From contig JBOZIK010000001.1 in assembly GCA_051453625.1 (NCBI GenBank), forward strand, positions 702,444 through 748,612: DNA of 46,169 nucleotides. Reading direction: 5' to 3'. The notes under the pieces are model-generated. The model searched no databases, was not told the origin of the DNA, and was given only the letters and a program-made list of their open reading frames with translations. This stretch comes from Welwitschia mirabilis (Eukaryota). The translations under genes and the position numbers were made by a program. This document shows, one piece after another, positions 39,205-46,169 of this stretch (position 1 is its first letter; the number at the start of each line of letters is the position of its first letter).

Positions 39205-40113
39205 AAATAATTTTATGGTCATTTCCTTCCTCATGTCTTTTGGTAGGTTTGGATAACATGTAATTTAAGACTATTTAAAAGAAAATAAAACCACATTCAA
39301 TCTATTCAGAATTTCATTAATAAAGTACGAAATAAAATTTTAAACATTTGGAAAGAAGTTATATTTTAAAATGTAACATTATTTACATACTCTAAATTTT
39401 TTATCCCTTAATTTTTTATTAGTCTTTCATAGTGAGTTCAATAACTGGGTTTTTATCATGCTAAGATGATATTGCATTTATTTTATTTCTATCCCTTAGA
39501 GTTATAGGTTTTTCTAAGATGAATCCTTCTACTTTCTAAAATATTTAGATAGGTCTAGAAATGTCTTTATAGTAGTGAGTTTAATTCTTGAAATAATCTT
39601 TCAATAATGCAAGGAAAAAATGAAGAAGAAAGAAGGAGAAACATTTAGGTAGAAAAGTAGTTGTTTGAAAGCTAAAAGAAGAAATTAAAATCTTGACTAT
39701 AATTCATTTAATACAACTCTTAATTTGGAGAGCTAACATTCCTATTATTAGTAGTGCAACTGTCACCATAGAACCATGTTTTTAACTTCTTTATAAAAGT
39801 TAAAAATAAAAAAAAATACACATACTTACTAGAACATTAGAAAAGAATGTTAAACTAAGGATTACTATTTTATTGAATAAATATGTAATAATTAGTTATT
39901 TTTGGGAACTAAGATGCTATTTGATTGGAATGTAAGTAACGAGGAAGGAAGAATATTTTGAANNNNNNNNNNTTTGAATGTTAAAAGCACCAATGATGGA
40001 AATGCTTTGGATTATGTTTAATTAATGATTTATTTGAATCTTTGTCCAAGGATATTCCCTCTTACTATATTTTCTTATAATTCATTACTATTTTTCCCTA
40101 GGAAAAAGTTTTA

Positions 40114-41038
40114 TAACTAATATCTTACTTAGAAAATATTTAGGTATTTGCCTTTTTATAAGAAGAGTAAAGAAAAAATTATGAGGCAATGTTTTCAATA
40201 AGATGGTAAAAATATTAGTAGGATGGATAGTAAATCATTTTCTTATTAATAAGAGATCAACTTATTTGAAGTTATCTTTAATCCTCATCAATTTATTAAG
40301 ATTTTATATCTAGACTCCAAAAGAAGTTGTTAAGCACATGAAAAAACTAGAAGTTTTTCTTTTTCTAATGGGAAAGTACTAATGGTAAAATATGTATTCA
40401 TTTATAAACTTGATATCATTTGTGGAAATCATTGGATGGAGGTGTTTTTTACTTAAAAATATTTCAAGAGTTAAATATTTCCCTCTTAGCTAAAATAGTT
40501 TATCAAATATATGCAAAGAGTGGAAAATGGGTTAAGTATCAAGGCTAAATATTTAAATCATTTTAAAAATTTCTTTAAGAATCCACATACTATTAGAAAA
40601 AGCTTCACAATTTAGAATGATTTTTTAAAATTAAAAGATTGGTTAAAAAATTGTATGCATTTAGATACTCATGAAAATTAGAAATAGTAAAAAAACAAAA
40701 TTTAAAATATATAGAAGATTATAATATTTTTTAAAGTTGTCCTTCGAATGAAGAAGAAAGTAGATGGAATAAACTTAGAATTGGTCCAAAGGTACAACTC
40801 CTCTTCTTTTTAATTTAGAGTGATTAGATAAATTAGATCTTCTAGAGAATATCTAAAATGTTTTTGGTTATTACAAATCACTACTACTGCAAAAATAAGT
40901 AATTCTCTAAACATTATTTTCTTCATTATACATGGAAAATAAAAATTTTGGATTTTTTAATGATATTATAGCAAATGATTATTTTAAATGAGGTTAAACA
41001 CTTAGATCAATAATACAATTATGCTACAAGTGGTTGAG

Positions 41039-41040
<2 letters not shown>
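40114..41040 (+). mobile_element. Duplicated 3' portion of the same LINE
   Basis: Collinear with 36624-38066, starting just before KYLGICL. Confidence 0.85.
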
Positions 41041-41041
<1 letters not shown>

Positions 41042-41087
<46 letters not shown>

Positions 41088-41097
41088 NNNNNNNNNN

Positions 41098-41159
<62 letters not shown>
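41042..41159. repeat. Compound microsatellite (CT)n(CA)n
   Basis: Directly visible, with a 10-N gap at 41088-41097. Paralog of the 38068-39204 tract. Confidence 0.97.
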
Positions 41160-41163
<4 letters not shown>

Positions 41164-42029
41164 AAATAATTTTTTGGTTATTTCCTTCCTCAAGTCTTTT
41201 GGTAGGTTTGGACAAAATGTGATTTAAGACTATTTAAAGAAAAAGAAAACTACATTTAACGTATTTTGAATTTCACTAATAAAGTACAAAATAAAAGTTG
41301 AAACATTTGAAAAGAAATTTTATTTTAAAATGTAACATTATTTGCATACTCTAAATTTTTTATCCCTTAATTTGTTCTTAGTCTTTCATAGTGAAAGAGT
41401 TCGATAATGGGTCTTTATCATGCTAAGATGATCTTGAATTTCTTTTCCTTCTAGCCCATAAAGTTATAGGTTTTTCTAAGATGAATCCTTCTACTCTCAA
41501 AAAATGTTAAATAGTTCTCTATATGTCTTTATGGTTGTGAGTATAATTCTTTAAAGAGTCTTTTTATAATGGAAGGAAAAAAGGAAGAAGAAAGAGATAA
41601 AAACATTTAGGTATAAAAGTAGTTGTTTGAAATCTAAAAGAAGAAATCATAAGCATAACATTTTTGAAGAGATAACATTCCTATTATTAGTAGTACAACT
41701 ACCAACATAGAACCATGTTTTTTAACTTCTACATGAAAGTTAAAATAAAAAAAACAAAGAATGTTAAACTAAATTTTATTTTATTTATTAAGTATGTAAT
41801 TTTTTTTTTGGGACTTAGATGAGATCTAATTAGAATGAAGTGATGAAGAAGGAAGAATGTTTTGAATGTTAAAAGCACCAATGATGAAAATGATTTGGAT
41901 TATTTTAATTAATGATTTAGTTGAATCTTTATCCAATGATATTTCCTCTTGCTATATTTTCTTGTAATTCATTTCTATTTTCCCCTAGGAAAGAGTTATA
42001 TGAATAAACTAAATCAAGTTTTCAAATTG

Positions 42030-44827
42030 TGAAGCATTAGGGTTTTACATGCTTAATATCTTTATAAATCCACCATTATGATTTTATATGATTGATATCT
42101 TTTTAAATCTATTCTACTAATAGAGATTTTAGATGCATCCATGGTAACCGTTATGTTAGCTGGAGTTTTTAACCATCACTATGTTATCATTATTAGTTGC
42201 AAATGGTCACCAGAGTGTAATCCAAATTTACCAAGTATATTAAAATTTGTTACTGGTCTAAGCTAGAAAATACTCACCCATTTTTCAAATGGTGAAACAA
42301 GAAATTATTGCTAGCACTAGATCAATTTTCAAATCAAAATTTCTCTTATCGTATAATGATACTCCTTACCCACATTAGTTTGTGAAGATCAATTTATAGC
42401 ATAGGAAGAAAGAATTCAAACTTAAGATAAGTAATATAGCTTATGTTTAGAAAGTTACATATTATAATATGAGAAGATGTTGCTATTAGTACCATTAAGA
42501 GGACCATATGATTTATGATTTTCCCACATAAGATAAGAAAAAAAGTCTTGGGAGAAATGATAGTTCCATGGTGGGGAAAAAATATTAATCCTTTTTAGCA
42601 CTTAATCAATTTTCCTTAGTTGCTAATAGTGCAATGAATTCTTTAAATATAATAATATATATCCTTTCTTAACTTCAAAAAAAAATAAAGGTTTGACAAA
42701 CATTTTTTCTAAGAAATCTAATAATGATTCTTTAGATTCTCGTGTTCTTAATTCAAATGCAAATGCAGAAGGATTTTGTTTGGATCAAGCAATAAAAATT
42801 ATTACTTGCAGAAAAACTAAGTCTAATAGAAGTTTAAGTTATTTTAATACTTCTTTTTGAATAATAGGGTTGTTATTAATGATATAGAATGTGAATTTGA
42901 AAATTATTCAAAATACACTACAGGGACTTCATTCCTCTTTTAAGAATGTTAATTCTTTCATGAAATGTTTAAGGCCTCACAAGGAGGCTTTGATGTATGA
43001 TTAGAAAATATTTTCCTTTAATATGATAATTCATTCCTACTTTGATCTTATTAAAAGAAATTAAAATTTTAGCTTCTAATATTTTCTTTATTAGTAAAAG
43101 ACTCCTGAAGTATTGCAAGGTTTTCTCAACTAATCATGAGGTTAATAAAGAAGAAGTACTAATTTCAATAACTAGGAAATGGAGTGGTAATATTTTGAAT
43201 TCCATATCTAATAAGAATATATGAATTATTTAGGCCACTTTTTAGAGTGATGTTAGCATTTTTTAATGTATATGCTTTTAATAGTTCTTGAGAAAGATCA
43301 GAGGTTTGGGAAAACCTCCTCTCTACATCAAATGCTTCTTGGATTATTGGTGGCAATATCAATATGTTAGGGAATAGTTTTAAAAAAATAGGTGGTAATG
43401 ACTTTTAAATATCTTATTAACAAAAAAATATACTCTTATAATTTTAAGGAAAAGTTATGTCACTCAGATTTTAATTCATTTTTTTATTCTTTTTAACTTT
43501 TTCCCCTTTCCAATCAAATCAAGATTGTTTTTTTTTTTTTTCTTTTTTTTGTTTTTGTAACTATCATAAAGGATTAGAGTGTGTCTTTTGTACATTAGGT
43601 AATTCATTCTTTTTAAGTCTTAGTAATAAAATTAAAATCTATCTAGATGCTACTCTTTTTGAAAATTTTCATATTAGCCTTTAGATATCTTTTGCTTATC
43701 CCTCTAATGCTCGAAAACAAGATCTTTTTCATAAGAGTAAGAAAATTTCATTGGTTTATCCAATAGTAATATTCTTAAATCATTATGAAATGTAAATCCA
43801 AAACATATAAGAAATATACATTAGATTAAAGATGGGATGTAAGTACTTATAGGGTTAGAAATTATGCTCAATGTTTTAAAGAATTTACAAAAAGAAATTT
43901 CAAATTAAGGGTAAACTAGAAAATACTATAAAAGTAAAGCAATAACTTTTAGATTATAATGATTTTAATATTTTTGTATATAAATCTTTAATAAGAACTT
44001 ATTTAACTAAGTAATGTAGGGATAATTTTGAAGATAAAGTATTCTTATCAAAAGTTACATCTTTTGCCTTAAGATAGAATGTGAACTATGAGAGAATTTT
44101 TTAAATTCCTTAAAGGAAATAATCATCTACCTATATTTAGAAAATTAGAAATTAATGATTCTCTTATTGAAGATCCTATAGCTATTAATAAGTCTTTATC
44201 TTATTAATTCTTATCTATTTCTTTATCCTAATCTTTTTGTAAGGAACAATGGAAAACTATTATTGGATAACTGTCTTGATTTATAGAAGGGAGCATCTTA
44301 ATATTCTTAAAGAAAAACCTACCCTTGATGAAATAAAAGAAGAAATTTTTAGTTTTAAAAAAAAAGAAAAAATCAATGTCTTAATTAATATCTTTAGGCC
44401 CTTCAATTCTAATGAATAATAATTATTATAATTACATTATTAAGAATGTACATTGTTAGATAAGGTGGTCTTTTAATTCATTGAAAATTTGAGATCCCTC
44501 ACACTTAAATAATACTTATAAAATTCTAGATAAGTAACCCACACAAAGACTTTGAAAAATTATTGATAAATTATTAGACCTAAGTAGAGTGGCTTTATTA
44601 AAGGAAGGTATATTCTTGATAATGTAACTGCAACTTGAGAAGATCTCAAACAAGAAAATGATACTATTAAAACATGACTTTTTTATTAAGTTTCATTATG
44701 CTAAATCTTATGATAGAATTAAATAGAATTTCATTATTTATATTCTTAAAAATCTTGTCTTTGGTGAGTACTTTATTTATCTTATTCATATATTTTCTCA
44801 TTTTCTCATTAGAGATTAGTCTACTAG
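42030..44827 (+). mobile_element. Second degenerate L1-type LINE (ORF1, endonuclease, start of RT), 3'-interrupted
   Basis: ORF1 pieces KWSPECNP, FVKINL and KVTYYNMRRCCY*YH*EDHM (CX2CX4HX4C knuckle). Endonuclease NVYAFNSS*ERSEVWENL...WIIGGNIN...KIGG (43260-43400). Then PTLDEIKEEIFS, IIRPK*SGFIKGRYILDN and IKFHYAKSYDRIK*NF. The true 5' end may lie further left. Confidence 0.88.
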
Positions 44828-46161
44828 TGTTATGCTTTAGCTCTTTATTTATTTATTATTGTAATAAATTTTCTTTTACATGGCCTTTGTCAAGATCTAT
44901 AATTGTCGTAGTGCTTATTTATGCAATCATTTGTGTCTTTAATCAAATCCTGTCAATCACAAATCTTTGCATGAACATGAATACTAGTATAGACAGGAGT
45001 TAACCCAAATGTCATAATCCATTAAAAGCATTAGGCTTGAAGTTAGAGAATTAATTTCAAATGAAGTATTTTTGTATTTTTCATTTAGGTTCATAAAAAT
45101 AAGGAAATAATGCAAAGTAAACATACTAATGCAAATGGCAATGAAAAGTATTTTAAATGCAATATCTATTCGACTACCAAATCTTCCTGTTACAAGATTA
45201 GCTTTGTATAACTTACATCAATCAAGGAAACTATTACTAATCATAACCAACCTAAACTATTGGGTTTGTCAAATAAAATATATAAAACATGCAATTATTA
45301 AACTATTAAATGAAAAATAAAATATAATGTCAAACCTAAACTAATCATTTCAATCTTAACAAAGGATGCCCTCATGATCTATATTAACTATAAAGCTATT
45401 ACCAAATCATAATCAACATAAATCATAATGGATAGGCATAATAAAATATAAAAGAAAAATAGAGTTTTATTATTTTCAAACCAACATCCTTATTACAAAA
45501 CAATAGCACCTCAATGAAGGATACACAGCCTGGTACCAAGGAAGACATCTCTCTGCAATAATGAATGGGCCTCCCATCCTTCAATCTCCTATCACTAGAT
45601 TTTTAGATGCCAAAGAACATAAAGTTTAGAGTAAGGGTAAAAGAGGTATATATTACAATCAAACATCTCAAAAATAGTAAACTTAATAGACACAACAAAA
45701 ATCCTAGCAGTGCATAAGAAGTGTATGACACATTGTAGAATTTAGATGAAGTTTTAGTGCACTAACTAGAAATAGCTATCATCTTGATTATCATCTAGAT
45801 GATAGTGGGGACTATGCTACATCAAGAGAGGTTCCACATCAACTTTTATTTTTAGTTTAGTCAGCATCCTTATCAACTCACACGTGGTATCATCTAGTTG
45901 GTCAGCCAGATGATGAAGAGAACAACATATCTTCTAAGCTCTTTAACCAAGTAAAATTGGCTTTGTTGATCATTAATTTCTCCTAATAATGTAAAGTATT
46001 AAAATTCATCCATAATGGCTCTAAATATGCTGGTAATTGCATTTTTCTATGATTTACTCCTTGACTCTCAATAATCATTAAAATTCACTTAAACATGTTT
46101 AAATATCCTAAAAAAGTACTTAAAATCCCCCATCATAAAAATATAGTTTAGCATCATAACA
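44828..46161 (-). repeat. Probable LTR (1.33 kb) inserted in the second LINE
   Basis: Perfect 7-bp inverted termini TGTTATG...CATAACA. LINE coding similarity stops at about 44827. The right flank reads GGAGGCTA on the minus strand, which is PPT-like. No partner or TSD inside the window. Confidence 0.45.
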
Positions 46162-46169
46162 TAGCCTCC

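Larger units (their letters stand above)
36624..42001. repeat. Tandem segmental duplication, units 36624-40113 and 40114-42001
   Basis: Both units start (C/T)AACTAATA(C/T)CTTACTTA and end CCCTAGGAAA(A/G)AGTT(T/A)TA. They are collinear with many substitutions and small indels (roughly 85% identical by eye). Confidence 0.92.

Noticed and set aside
36876..41227. Long ORFs of 226-382 aa and short ER/SL/HT/CV-repeat ORFs
   Set aside because: They are translations of N-gaps and dinucleotide microsatellites.
36040..44827. A single circularly permuted LINE (3' half before 5' half)
   Set aside because: Both pieces contain a divergent KLDxxKAYDR region (~36125 and ~44685), so they are independent copies.
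4817..45320. Remaining short ORFs (60-109 aa) as host genes
   Set aside because: They are F/L/I/K-rich products expected from AT-rich DNA, several start at non-ATG codons, and most lie inside retroelements. 26645..26827 and 18931..19134 only capture dead retroelement fragments.
1..46169. Fungal RIP-mutated DNA
   Set aside because: Athila, Tat and plant-type L1 lineages plus a plant tRNA-Asn PBS indicate a plant, and CG/CHG deamination explains the bias more simply. It is not formally excluded without counts.

Overview
This is very AT-rich, CpG-poor eukaryotic DNA, almost certainly from a land plant given the element lineages and a primer site matching plant cytosolic tRNA-Asn. It comes from a draft assembly with six N-gaps. 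I found no intact protein-coding or RNA gene. Every supplied ORF is spurious, gap- or microsatellite-derived, or a scrap of a dead retroelement. The window is an old nested retrotransposon graveyard. (1) A minus-strand Ty1/Copia element is split inside its integrase (29676 | 3439) by (2) a ~26 kb minus-strand Tat-clade Ty3/Gypsy unit (3440-29675, tRNA-Asn PBS). That unit contains (3) three Athila-like insertions of one LTR family and (4) a chromovirus-like integrase remnant. The Athila-like insertions are element A (3634-10011, +, inside the Tat 3' LTR, TSD GTCAC), element B (16867-25816, -, gag-protease plus ORF2 but no RT/RNaseH/integrase) and a solo LTR (26806-28116). To the right are two degenerate L1-type LINEs, a tandem duplication carrying a compound (CT)n(CA)n microsatellite, and a probable further LTR. 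I see no evidence of a new functional system. The most interesting items are the pol-less Athila-like family, the self-validating nesting, and a CHG-biased C-to-T footprint. All alignments and translations were done by eye, so identities are approximate.
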